The notes beneath the pieces are model-generated. The model had not been told where the DNA came from. It saw nothing but the letters and a program-made list of their open reading frames with translations, and did not search any database. Positions 1 through 12,090 of a stretch of DNA of 64,000 nucleotides are shown piece by piece. Position 1 is the stretch's first letter; every line of letters begins with the position of its first letter. The position numbers and the translations under genes are program-made. Origin of the DNA: Guillardia theta CCMP2712 (taxonomy: Eukaryota > Protista > Cryptophyta); the NCBI RefSeq assembly GCF_000315625.1, contig NW_005434632.1, positions 95,901 to 159,900 of the forward strand, written 5' to 3'.

Positions 1-578
1 GGTGGGCCTTTCGTGGATGGAGTTGCCGACGAGACGCTGACGAGTGCAGCAGCATAGACGCTAGCAGCTGCCTGCCAGCGTTCAACCTCCTTGACGACGA
101 GCCCAGTTACGGCTCCATCCTTATCAGACAAGGCGTCAAGATCCCTGCTCGCTCGCAGAGGTAGTAGAGGACGAGATTTGTCTGTCTGTCTGTCTGTCTG
201 TCTGACTGACTGTATGTATGTATGTATGTTGTCAATTGTGAGGCTGATGTTGCCAAGAAGTCAACATTTTTCTGGTGGTGAATGGTGGTGTAGGACGATA
301 TTCGTTGGATCGAGCTCCGGTTGTTTTGCTGTTCGTGGGAACAAGAAACCATGGGAGGTGGTGGACAGAGACGCGAAGGGATTTGTCGACATTCTCCCGG
401 GCAAGGCAATAGATGTCGATGAATCGAAGGCGATCAAGGTATACCGAGTTACTTGACATCATATTCGCTCACGTGCGCTTGCATTGTGCCTTTCTTTCTT
501 CTCCTGCAGCTGGGTATGAGAGAGAAAGTCGTATGTTTCTGCGGGGAGCTTGTCTTCAAGTTCGACGTGTCGTCATGA
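1..578 (+). CDS. 3' part of a spliced hypothetical protein gene (5' end outside the window)
   Basis: Open exon WWCRTIFVGSSSGCFAVRGNKKPWEVVDRDAKGFVDILPGK, a GT..AG intron, then a last exon LGMREKVVCFCGELVFKFDVSS* (TGA 576-578). No family recognised. Confidence 0.45.
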
Positions 579-595
579 GTGTTGTACATTGCCTC

Positions 596-2739
596 TTAAA
601 GGTTCAGACTTCTCCTCTCGAACCCCTTCCAGCATTCCTTCTCATCATCGTCCACGGCCTTCCTTCACAGAGGCAACATCTCTCACCTTGTACTGGGTGT
701 CGCGGAAGGGGCAGGACATGGCTTGAGGGGTTGGCTTGAGGATCTGCGACATCAAGTCATCGTCTCATCGTTGCGCGTCTCCTCAAACTCACCGCAGACG
801 TCTCGAACATGAACGCAAGGCCATCCTCGAACTTGACCGGCGACATCTCGGCCTCTGCGTCATGCGGGGGTTCAGAGCTCGCTGACACGCCTGCAAGCGC
901 GACCTTCCGCCCTCTCCGTCGTCTCTCTGTCCGGTCCATGGGCTGACATGCAGCAGTGCAGGGAGGCTCCTCCCGCGCTGAAGCCAACCTTCGCGTCATA
1001 CTTGCCCGAAATCTGATGCAATCAGGGCAATCAAAGGACGGGAACTGAACCACAACATTCGAGTCACCATGCCCATGAACTCTGACATGTAGTTCCTGTG
1101 GAAGTACGGAGGTCGGAACGTATCCTCTGCCACCATCCACCTTGGGGGGAAAATCACAAAGTCCACAGCAGACTCTCCCGCTGTCTCCGATGGGCAAGAC
1201 AAGACCGTGAAGATGGAAGGGTCTGCGGACTTGTCAGTTGATGCCGATGTCTCTGCACTCCGGTTCCGTTGCCTGGATGATCGTAGGAGACAGTGTTCAT
1301 CGTGCAGAAGGTTGTGAGGTTGTACCTGCAAGAGATCTGGTGAGACGAAGGGGACGCAGCGTTCAGGCTTCTCTAGACAAGATCTCACTTGAACGGGAGG
1401 TAGTTGCCGTGCCATGCAACGACGTTGAATGGGCTGTGGTGACTGATCTTCTTAACTTCAAGCAGACGCTCGTGTCATCATTTCAATGATGCGCATTCGA
1501 CAGATCTTACAGAGCTTCCCGCAGAACTTGTTGTATATCTTCACGTCTCCTTGCACTTCCTCGAAGCTGGCCGTTGGGTACTGCAGGAAGCAAATCACTT
1601 GGGGATAGCAACAGTCAATTCTGACTTGCCTCGAAGTCTCTGGCGTTTGCCAGCCCGTTGGATCCGATGGGTCCAAGGTCAGGAAGGCAGAAGTGACCTT
1701 GAAAACTCTCCAGCATGTATCCCCTGGCACTGTCCTGCTGCTCCACTCGGAAGACGATCCCCCGAGGGATGACGCAGATCTCATCTGAAAAGGAGGAAGG
1801 GACAGGGCAGGGAGGGAGGGAGAGAGAAACGAGGGAGGCAGGGAGGCAGGGAGGCAGGGAGGCAGGGAGGCAGGGAGGCAGGGAGGCAGGGAGGCAGGGA
1901 GGCAGGGAGGCAAGGAGGCAGGGAGGAAAGCAGCAAGTCACAAGAGCAGAAGACACGAAAAAGAAGGAACTTGCTTTGCTCGACATCAAGCTGTCCAAAC
2001 TCAGTTCGGATGCTCAAGGATCCAGTTTGTGGCACGATCAGCAAATCTCCTGTTTCAACGACAACACACGAAAGATGTCAATCAGGAATATCAGCAAACA
2101 ACCCCTTCTTTCAAGAGACTTCACCATCAGAGTTATAGAAAGCATCTTTCATCGACGTGTTGCAAGCGTACATGTAGATCGCCACGCCTCTGCACAAACA
2201 TCTTCACATCAACAACCAGCAGTGACCTCCTCTTACTTCTTTGCTGATGGATCCCCTGCCCCAGCAATGCTCCACAGCCCTTGCAGAAAAGTCACGGGAG
2301 TGCCGTCGGGTGCAAGAGGAGCAGGTTTCCATCGGAGCTGTAAAATATCAGTCAAGCAAGGAACAAGGAACAAGGGTGCAACACAGCATACCTGGTTTGG
2401 ATTTCCATCAAGGTGGTCGTACTTGGTCGCCACGTGCTTGAACACGTCCTCGTCGTCTTGCACAAACTCTTCCTCATCCACAGTGGGCATGGTTCTGTAC
2501 AGCCATGACCTCAGGTTCTTGGATCTTGTCATCGTGAAGGATGAGCCGGAAAGCTGTTCTGCATACAGCCCCCTGGGGCATCGCTGAGGATTGTTCTGAC
2601 CTCTTGGAAGGGAACCTGGCAAGGCCTCTGACTTCATTTTCGTGTCAGTTCGTCGTCACAAGTCGGCACGAGTGCCTTTTACCTCGAACTCGTTGCCGAA
2701 GCCCCGCAGGTAGGTTCTGTTGTGCTTGTTGTCGCTCAT
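596..2739 (-). CDS. HGD: Homogentisate 1,2-dioxygenase (multi-exon)
   Basis: [19 protein letters not shown]|[29 protein letters not shown]...NLRSWLYR; [11 protein letters not shown]; [32 protein letters not shown]; LAFMFET; C-terminus [13 protein letters not shown]. Confidence 0.95.
1831..1925 (+). repeat. (GGGAGGCA)n octamer repeat inside an HGD intron
   Basis: About 11 tandem units seen directly. Confidence 0.95.
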
Positions 2740-3199
2740 GCTGATGGATATCACCTGCAGGAGCACAGGTTCTCATCAACATGAAGCAGTGCACCGTGTT
2801 GTTCAATGAATGGTTATCCAAACCATCTGGGCCACAATGGTTGTGACATGGTGGCCTCATCAACCTACTCCTACATGCCTTCACGTCTAGAGACGATTGG
2901 TCATACCAAGAGATTCGACCAGGAATGTATCCATCCTTCAGCAAGTATCCTTCACCTTTCACGTATGCATCTTCCTCCCTCCTCCCCGCCACCCTTCTCT
3001 GCTCTCCTTCCCTCCTTGGTCCCCATTCCTTGTTTCCCTTCCTGCTTTCCCACAAACTGCAGCCCGCAACAACTCTATCCGGCTCCAAATCGCAAGGGTA
3101 CCACAGGGGTAGTAGGGTAGTGGACCCCACCAACCGCAGCTGAATAATTCCTGGGGTAATGTACGGGTGGGTAGCCGAAACTCAGGGGTAGAAGGGTTC

Positions 3200-4380
3200 A
3201 ATCCGATCATGCCGCAGACGGTGCGGAAGCGGCTGAGGCCGCCCGGGGTGCAACTTGCAACTCGTCAACTTGGCAAGGGGCCGACCGTACGGTTCCGAGT
3301 GACTGAGACTCGCCCCGGCGGGGACCGCCCGCGGCCCGCCGTACTGACCCTCCGGGCGGCCAACTTCTTGATTTGCGTGGGGAAGCCTCAGGCCTACTAC
3401 GGAGTACTCCGAGGCAAGCCTTTCACTGGCGGGGTCACTGGCAATGATTCGAGCCCGCCGCCGCCGTCACGCCGGCGGAACCATCGGAGCAGGCTTGGAA
3501 CCCTCCGAGCCCCGGCGGCCGGCGGCTCGGCGCGCGGCGGGGGGCCGGGCACTGCGGCATGCCCCGCGAGCCTCGGAGCGCATCATTCGCGGCCAAGTTG
3601 CCTACAGACGTACGGTCACAGACGGTTTGGTACAGTACGGTTTTCGGAACTCGGAACCGTCGCGGGCGCCCGGCCGCGCGCGGCGCACCATGACAGTTGA
3701 GTCACTAAGACGCCCGGCCTGTGACTCGGAGGCTCGGTGACCGTACGTCGGACTGTTTGATCACCCGGCCGAAGTTCGCTGGCACAACTTAGCGGCGGGA
3801 CTCCTGAGTGGGAACGCCGGCGGCCGGTTCCGCGGCGCGGCCGCGCGCATCATGGCCCGGCCCCACCGGCCCGCCGCCCCGCCGCGCCCCGCCGCCGATC
3901 AGTCCGATCGGCCGCCACTAACGGCGGGGTTGAACTCTGGCCTCAGTGCCGCGCCCCCGAGCCGGCGCCCCCCGCAGTGACTCGGCCAAGGGCCGTCCCA
4001 GTTGAACGGCGGTCCGAACGCGCGTCAGTCGGACCGTCCGACGGTCGGTCCTTTACTCAAAGTTAAGTCGGTCACTGTGCGGCACCCGGTGACCGTGACC
4101 GCCGGAGAGTTCCGTTTTCCGAACCGTAAACGGCGGATCCCTGTCGGACAACTCCGATAGTAAACTCGACATGACTGAACTCGGATCACTGAGACGCCGC
4201 GGCTTCAACGGTTCACAGCGTGAAACGATAGGGGTTGAGAGGTTGAATTTAGGCAGATCATGCGCGAAGAGACGGATCTTGGTGTCAGGCTTATCTTTAC
4301 GTGGTCGGTGAGCCGCAGGGGGCCGCGGCGGCTCAGACCCCCTCCTCCTCAGCAGATTCTCCGGTTGACGGGCACATACC
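3200..4380. promoter_or_regulatory. GC/CpG-rich non-coding island between divergent genes
   Basis: Very GC-rich; built from short recurring words (GTGACTCGG, CCGTAC, CCGGCCCG, TCGGA) and local duplications. Lies between the HGD start (-) and ORF 5091 (+). Confidence 0.6.
4051..4066 (+). mobile_element. 16-nt micro-insertion CTTTACTCAAAGTTAA with 7-bp flanking direct repeat
   Basis: GTCGGTC at 4044-4050 and again at 4067-4073. Confidence 0.65.
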
Positions 4381-5090
4381 AAGAGTAGGGGTGAGTCCGG
4401 GCCCTGTTTTACACGGGTGGGTTGATGCGAAGTGAGATGATTGGGGTCATGTAACTGGTACGTTGTGCGAAAAGGTTACACGAAAAGACTTGATTTCGCT
4501 TCCATCCGGTTTAACACAGTGGGTGAAAAACTAGGATTTCACGTCAACATGTGTCTCAAGGTGTCGCAGCTGACCTGAACCTCAATGTCCTGTTACGGTA
4601 CATGGCTGGCAGCTGCCTGGGTTCTCTTCCTTGTGACCTTGTCCATTTAACTTAGAGCTCCAATCGAGAAAAACCACCACATACCCCATATGTGTTGGAC
4701 CCCCTACATGGCTGCTTCGTGAGAACCTGGCAGGCGGTTGGGAAGAGGCTCGAGTGGGTAGTACGTACGGAGTTTTTTCTCCTGAGGGTGGGTCCGATCA
4801 CGGGAGGGGGTAGGGGTGGTGGGTGTGAGTATTCGGATGGACGCATCGAAGAGTCCTAAGGCCCTTTTGAGCCAGAGATGGGGACAAGCACCGGTGTGGG
4901 TTCAGGGATCTCCGAGGAGGGTGGGTGGTCTCGAAGGTCATCGTAATCCTATGAGGGGTATAGGGGTGAGAAGCTCATAGTTCAAGGGGTGGGAGGTCTG
5001 GAGGAAGGGGGGGAGGGGGTGGTGTGGGGGAAACAGTAAAGGAGGCTACAAAAGAGGAAGAAGGCGAGAGCGCGGCAGAACGCAAGGAGC

Positions 5091-5648
5091 ATGTGCAGAG
5101 CATTCGAACTTCCTTCCAGGACCCCTCCTGCATCCTCCTGTGTTGCCCTCCCTCTCCAGTCCCTCGGGACTGACTCGACCAGCATGGTCAAGGACGGAGT
5201 CTGCTCTGCTCTCCCTTCCGAGAACATGAGCAAGGCTTCCTTCAAGGAGGTGATTCAAGAATCCACGGTCAAGAAGCAATGCCCCTTTAGCGCCGAGGGA
5301 TTCGATCTCCTTGAATGGATGCATCAGATGGAAGATGCTCTGACTGAGGTGCATTCAAGTGACGACGAGGTCGAAGAGGAAGAAGTTCTCTCCCAGGCGA
5401 AGGAGTCCTTTCCCGAGCCTGTCGAGCAAGACGACTTCCGCAAGACCGCCAGTGCTCCTCAAAGCCGCGGCTACGAGTTGCTCGAGGTCGACGACTTCCC
5501 CCTCTTCAAGACTCTCAGTGCTCCCATGTCTGTGACCAAGCTTCAATCAACGATTGCCGGCGGAGAGTTTGAGTTTGCGACGTTCAGTCGACCAGATCGC
5601 ACGCGAGCAGAGTACAACAGAGCTGTGGGACACTTTGCAAAGCAGTGA
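5091..5648 (+). CDS. Intronless small acidic protein, 'YNRA' family member 1
   Basis: 185-aa ORF followed by AATAAA. C-terminus LQSTIAGGEFEFATFSRPDRTRAEYNRAVG resembles ORFs 24033 and 55857. Confidence 0.75.
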   Translation: MCRAFELPSRTPPASSCVALPLQSLGTDSTSMVKDGVCSALPSENMSKASFKEVIQESTVKKQCPFSAEGFDLLEWMHQMEDALTEVHSSDDEVEEEEVLSQAKESFPEPVEQDDFRKTASAPQSRGYELLEVDDFPLFKTLSAPMSVTKLQSTIAGGEFEFATFSRPDRTRAEYNRAVGHFAKQ

Positions 5649-5968
5649 CGGCCAATAAACGCATGTTAACACGTATGATGAGAACACGGATTATAAGCTG
5701 TTTAGGAATGTAACAATAAATTTATTCATTTACTACCATCCACAGCGTTCGCCATGATCTTGCAAGAGCTTTATCTTTTCTTCATGTGTTTCATTAAAGC
5801 TTCATACGAATATGCGCAAGATCACTTTGATAATTGATCACCATTTGTGATGAAGCATACATTCGACAACATTTCTTCATTCAGCAAGTATGAAGTTGAA
5901 CATCGTTGACAAATGTCACGACCCCAACAACGTTCTGTGCCTGATCACGTGCGCTGAAGCTTTTGAAA

Positions 5969-7924
5969 TCAAAGAATCTGAAATGAATATCAGCATCTTT
6001 CTTAGATCAAGATGACCTCTCACAGGATCAGATCCGTTCCAGTCGACAACAGCTTGAGGCCACTTGGTCCTTATGCAGTGTTCAAGGGGAGGAGTGAGGT
6101 CAATGCTGGGATCCATCGGCCCCTTGCCGCAGTGAGAGTTTGAATTCTTCCAGGAAACAGAGAGTCGAATAGTCTCGTCTTGCTTGGCTAGCTCATCGTA
6201 GTAGTATAAATCAATCTCCTTGGATCCTTCGGAATTCTGCCAAATCGACAGTAAAGATGCCGTGATTGTATCATACACAATCACCTCGAGAGCATCTAGA
6301 TTGGCGGAGAAGAAAACAGAAAAATGAGACTCAGAGCAAACTACCCATACTGGGTACTTCGGATTTTTCAAGAGGGATCCAACTTCAATGCTTCTGTAAT
6401 GCTCAAAAAGGGAGAAAAAGCCAATCTGAAAACAGACATGAGAAACATCTGGCTTGAACAAAGCCTTTACTTCTTGGTCTCACCTCAGTCGAGCAGGATA
6501 TTCCGTTCAGCGTCAAGCCATCAAGCTCCTTGGTACCATCGAACACGTGGGGAACAGCCTTGCCCACCAGAAGGAGGTTAACCATCTCTTGGCTAAACAA
6601 AAGTTGTCATTCTGTGATTTCTGTGGCCATGTTGCTCAAACCTGCAATAGTTGTGTTGCCCCATAAGCTTCACGTTCGCGTCGAATGACTCCATGTCCTT
6701 GTGAACGTTGCTGGGTCCTCGAGAGAGGATGGCCGAGTAGAGGAAGCATGCAAGGCCTTGAGTGTCGTCCCCGAGCAAAGAAGCCTGCAAAGATATTCAG
6801 TGGCTTTCTTGCAACACATTAGCAGAGATCGACAGTACCTGGTGATCCTGTATCAATCTCCTCATATCAGCCCTGGAACTGACTTCGCAGACCATCAGGC
6901 ACTCTGTCAATCCATCGTCCTTGTAGTTCAAACGCATCTTCTCTTCGTCATCGCCATGAGAGGATCGCCGGCTTCCAGGTATCGCCAGAGTAGCCTTGCT
7001 TCCACCAGCTTGCCAAAGGATATCGCATACGGCATCCATCAGAGCTTCTCGGGCCTCACTCTCTCGAACCATTTCAGGATCAAACCTCCTCTTCTTCAAC
7101 AGCATGTTCTTGATCAGGCAAGCTTGCACACATGCCAGAATACCGCACGGCCCTCCCTCCTTCTGAACAAGCCCGTACTTTAGGTGCGCTGCCGCATTGA
7201 AGAAAAAACCTTGCTTCCATGAACCAGGGAACGAAATCTTTGCATTCCCAAACACTATCGACCTCAGTTCAAACGCTTCCTTAATGGAGATCCTGTTGAA
7301 CTTGAAGCTCTTCTTCTCTTTGGTCAGATCGGACGATTGATTTCGCAGGCTCATCGAAGCAAGATCGTCTCCAACGTCGTCAAGATCCTCCACAACACAC
7401 TCGTTGTGGTCCATCTGACTCTTGCTCACTCCATGCCCCCTCCTTCTGAACACGTTTGCCGCAGAATAATCGTTCCCTACAGAAATGCTAGCAACATTAT
7501 CGTCGTGATGACGATGATCCACGTGGAATTTCTCTATCCTTTCACTGTCAGCGTGCTTGTCGACTGGTTTCGGCTTGTGGTGCCCATCCACCTTGTCTTT
7601 GTCTTCCTTGTCCAAGACTTTTCCTGGTTTCTCAGACTTCTCAACCTCATCTGACTTCTTTTCTTTGAGAGTGACGGCCTTGTTGTGCAAGTACTCCACC
7701 AGAACCTCCAAACACGACGCAAGAGCCTCCTCCCCTCTCTCCTTGTTCCTCTTCACCATCTTCTCGATCCCCAGAGACCTCGAAAGCTCCGATCTCTTGG
7801 TAGTCCTCCCTTCCTTGGGCGGCGCCTCCTTGTTCAGGGCCTCCAGTGCTCCCTTGAGCCCCTTGCTGTTCAGGTACTCTCGCACTAGTGCCTCCCCGAG
7901 CGCTTCTACCTCCTCCCGCCCCAT
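5969..7924 (-). CDS. MINDY-3/4 (FAM188)-type deubiquitinase, MINDY4-like
   Basis: GLVQKEGGPCGILACVQA (catalytic Cys), LKNPKYPVWVVCSESHFSV (catalytic His), DLYYYDELAKQ, PPLEHCIRTKW...VDWNGSDP|IL*. N-terminus LisH-like (LVREYLNSKGL). Confidence 0.88.
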
Positions 7925-8548
7925 TGCAGCCCGGTTGTCGTTGAATGATGTCGTGGCCCGCATCCCCCCCAGGTTCGATTTATCTGAGGCGGGCCGATGA
8001 ATGGATCTGCAGGGTCCTTAGTGAGGAAAATGGGGGGGTAGTAGCCCATCCACCTTTTGGCGGGAAAACTTTCATTGTTTGGCAGGGCAGTGACCAACAT
8101 ACTTTGATATTTCAAATGTAAGACAAATATTTGAAGAAAAATTTCGAAAATTCGAAGGGAGTCTTTGAATTCATGGAGGGGATACCTTTCCAAACGGAGG
8201 GTAGTATTGAGAGACACGGGTATATTTGAGGACAAAATTAGGGGTCTAGGGGTGGATGCTGCTGCTGAGGGACCGGTGCGATAATGCACAAGTTTGGGTT
8301 GTCCCTGAGCCCGAGTTCACCTGGTGGGGGTTGATATACACAGGGTAGGGGTACTTCATTATATTCCTTAAGTAGCAGAGCTTGAATTATATTTAATAAA
8401 CAACTTAAGGAAAAACACTAAAGTCTATTTGATGCACTTGGCAATGAGCCAAAGTGAAATTATGGTGGGTGGGGTATTCAAAGTACCGGTGCAGAGGTCC
8501 ATCAGTATCATCAGGGGTAGGGGGTGGTAGAGCGCGCGGGAGGCAGTC

Positions 8549-10739
8549 ATGAGCCTTGTGTTCGACGAGTATGGCAGGCCCTTCATCATCATCAAGGAGC
8601 AATCTTCCAAGACCAGACTTAAGGGACTTGCTGCTCTCAAGGTAGTCTCTCCTCCCTCCCTCCCTCCCTCCTCCTTGCATGCCTCCTGTCTCTCTCCTGC
8701 TCTCTGCCCCTTGCGCTCCCTCCATTGGAACCCGTCGTGCTGTTTGCATATTCTGCACATCCTTTCACCAGCGTCTCCACCTGCGCCTCTCTGTCATCTA
8801 TATTTCCTCCGCATTGTTTGAAACTTGTCACACTCACCTCGCAACACGACCATTGCTGGTTTGTGAGGGCTGTTTGTTGACAAGAAACAAGAAATTAGAT
8901 GGTGTATGATTCATGGCATGACTACAATTGAATGTTGATCATTCGTTTCAACGGTGTCATGGTTTGTTTGCCTATATACTTTGATGAATGGACCCGCTTC
9001 AGGAAAATTTTACATCATTCTTCTCAATCATGCTGTTGTTTGTCGCTGCATTTCTCCTGTTGCCCAAACATTGGATTGAAGAAAGCAGAAAGCGGTTGTG
9101 ACTGGTTTACTTTCTTGCAGTCCAACATCATTGCTGCTCGATCAGTAGCTAGCACGCTGAGATCCTCCCTGGGACCGAAGGGTAAAAGCACGAGCTGCAA
9201 TCACCGTGTGTAACTAATGAAATGCAGGGATGGACAAAATTCTTGTGAGTGGCGATGGCGACGTCTGTGTTTCCAATGACGGAGCCACGATACTTGAGAG
9301 GATGGAGGTTGAGAATCAAATCGCAAAGCTCATGGTGGAGCTGTCCAAGTCTCAGGATCAGGAGATCGGGGATGGGACCACAGGAGTGGTGGTCCTAGCC
9401 GGAGCGCTGCTGGAGCAGGCAGAGCTTTTGTTAGACAGGGGCCTACACCCTCGCAGAATATCCGAGGGGTTCGAAGTAGCATGCAAGGTAGCATGCGACC
9501 ACCTGGACAAGATCTGCGACAAGATCCACTTCACCCCCCACGAGACCTCCGAGCTCCTTACTGTAGCGAAGACCACCTTGTCCTCCAAGATGTGAGACGC
9601 TCTTGCCCGCGCATGCTCAAAGTTGTAACGCTGATCCCCTGTGCAGTGTGACGAGGGCCTTGGATCAGATGGCGAACCTTGCTGTCAGCGCCATCATGGC
9701 TGTTGCTGACTTCGAGAGGAAAGATGTCAACCTGGACTTGATCAAGATGGAGGGCAAGGTAGGAGGGCAGATGGAAGACTCTATGCTGGTTTCCGGTATC
9801 GTGCTGGATAAGGACATCAGCCATCCTGGAATGGCCAAGACCATCAAGGACGCCAAGATCTGTATCCTGACATGTCCGTTTGAGCCGCCCAAACCTAAGA
9901 CCAAGCACAACATTCAGATCGACACTGTTGAGAAGTATCAGACGCTCTACAAGCAAGAGCAGGAATACTTCGTTGACATGGTGAAGAAGATCAAGGATTC
10001 TGGCGCAACTCTGGCCATCTGCCAATGGGGATTTGATGACGAGGCCAACCATCTCTTGTATCAAAATGAGCTGCCCGCTGTTCGCTGGGTTGGAGGAGTG
10101 GAGATCGAGCTGCTGGCTATCGCTACTGGAGCACGGATCGTTCCGAGATTCTCGGAGTTGACTCCTGAGAAGCTGGGCAAGGCCGGGGTCGTGAGGGAGG
10201 TCTCGTTCGGAACAACCAAGGACAAGATGTTGTTCATTGAGAATTGTGAGAACAGCAAGGCAGTTACCATCTTCGTGCGCGGAGCAAACAAGATGATCAT
10301 CGATGAGATCAAGCGCTCAATTCATGATGCTCTTTGCATGGTGCGCAACCTTGTTCGGGACAACCGGATCGTGTACGGCGGCGGATCTTCTGAGATCGCC
10401 TGCTCTCTCGCCGTGAGCGACGCAGCCAGCAAGGTCACGGGGGTCGACCAGTACGCCATGCGAGCCTTCTCGGATGCGCTGGAAGCGATTCCCATGGCCT
10501 TGTCGGAGAATAGCGGCCTCCCCGGGATCGAGAGCCTCGCGGCGTTGAAGCAGCGGCAGGTGCAAGAGAAGAATCCCTGGTTGGGGGTTGACTGCAAGAT
10601 GGTGGGAACCAACGACATGAAGAGCCAGAAAGTTCTGGAGACTCTCCACGGGAAGAAGCAGCAGTTCATGCTTGCGACGCAGGTTGTGAAGATGATCCTC
10701 AAGATCGACGATGTCATCTCACCCTCTGAGTACGAGTGA
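8549..10739 (+). CDS. CCT5: T-complex protein 1 subunit epsilon (4 exons)
   Basis: [24 protein letters not shown]|[65 protein letters not shown]. Confidence 0.98.
8824..8890 (+). ncRNA. Candidate intronic H/ACA snoRNA 5' hairpin with H box
   Basis: Lower stem CTTGTCA/TGACAAG, internal pocket, upper stem CCTCGCAA/TTGTGAGG, then AAACAA (ANANNA), in the unusually long CCT5 intron 1. Confidence 0.35.
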
Positions 10740-10755
10740 TGCTTATAAATGTACT

Positions 10756-11332
10756 TCACGCTATCCTCCACTTGTTCATCATCTCCTCCATCTCCTCGAT
10801 GCCTTCGGTGCTGGTTGTCACCTTGTACTCGTTTGCTCGTTTTGACAGCTCCCCAAGCTCCTTCCTCTCAGCCCCGTCTTTCCTCGACCCTTGCAGGACA
10901 CTGCATCCTCGTCAACTACAAGGAGGAAGGCAACAGCATCCGAACCTGCAGAATCCAACAACCCTGCCCGTCCTCAATCCCTGCAGGAACGATTCCTTGA
11001 ACCCTTCCTCAAACCCAGCCTGCAGGAATTTCTCTCGGGCCGCTCCGATGGCTTCTTTGTACCCTTCCTGCTCGTACCATCAGGAAAGCCGGCGGACGGA
11101 GGATCGAAGTCATACCTTGTACAACCTCTTCCTCACGCTCTCCTCCTCCCTGACTGACAGCGTCTCTCTCTTGCCGGCGCTGGCTGCCTGGTCCTCCTCC
11201 TCCTCCCAGACGTCGTCATCTACCTTGCTGCAGCAGCAGTCAGCACGGCACTTGCTTTATCCGTCCTCACTTGATGGAGCTCGGAGCAGCTCCGTCCGAC
11301 TCATCGCCGGAAGATGCCCAGACGTCGTCCAT
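10756..11332 (-). CDS. YAE1: Yae1-like protein (Yae1_N domain), spliced
   Basis: MDDVWASSGDE...RKRLYK|EGYKEAIGAAREKFLQAGFEEGFKESFLQGLRTGRVVG matches the repeated GxxxG Yae1 pattern. Ends EMMNKWRIA*. Confidence 0.75.
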
Positions 11333-11564
11333 CTGACAGAGCAGGGGAGGAGAGAAACGTGAGCTGTCAGTCGGAGGAGAAACCTTGAGGGAGACAAAGG
11401 AGAAGGAGAAAAAGGGGGAAGGGGAGGAGGAGGGGGAAGGGGAAGGTAAGAACAAGTAACTCAGCTTAGATCAAAGAACAAAGACAATAATCAACAAACA
11501 TTTCAAGCAAGCTGAAGCAAAAAACAAGATTAAACGTTCACACCATGCCTCCTTGCTCGCTTCC

Positions 11565-11942
11565 CTCCCCCTAGCCCCTCCCTCCCCCTAGCCCCCTCCC
11601 CCTTCCTATCCCCCTTCCCAGCCTCTCCCCCTCCCCCTCCCTCCCTCCCTCCCTCCCCCCCCTTCCCTTCCGTCTTTCCCCCTTCCCCTCCTCCCTCCCC
11701 TTTCCCCCATTAAAGCCACGAGGCCGACCGACCGGGTATTTCTCCTGCCTCGTGTTTTCCCGACCTGGTGGGATCCTGTGGAGGCAGGCAGGAGGACAGG
11801 GGGAGAGAGTAAGGGCGGAGGAGGAGGAGGAGGAGGAGGAGGAGGAGAAGGAGGAGGAGAAGGAGGAGATAAGAAGCGTGGGAGGACGCAGAGGAGGGAG
11901 GGAGGGAGGGAGGGAGGGAGGGAGGGAGGGAGGGAGGGAGGG
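11565..11942. repeat. C-rich and (GGA)n/(GGGA)n simple repeats in a divergent intergenic region
   Basis: Seen directly. Confidence 0.9.
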
Positions 11943-12090
11943 GACACAAAGAGGGTTTTGATAAGAATGAAAGATCCTTGAGATCTGCTAGCGTGATCAG
12001 GCACCCGAGGCAGGAAGGGAGAGAAGAGGGGTGGGTCGATTTTGATCCCCCACCAGCGACACCAAGTCTCCTGCTCCTGACGACCTTGCG

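Noticed and set aside
4051-4068. Micro-element as a spliced-leader relic or telomeric seed
   Set aside because: Occurs in both orientations, is not fixed at gene 5' ends, is flanked by direct repeats and lacks a G-rich telomere unit. Not formally excluded without transcript data.
3167-4382. Arg/Pro/Gly-rich ORFs in the GC islands (also 22200-23197 and 36776-37863)
   Set aside because: Stop-poor by composition, overlapping in several frames, and without recognisable motifs.
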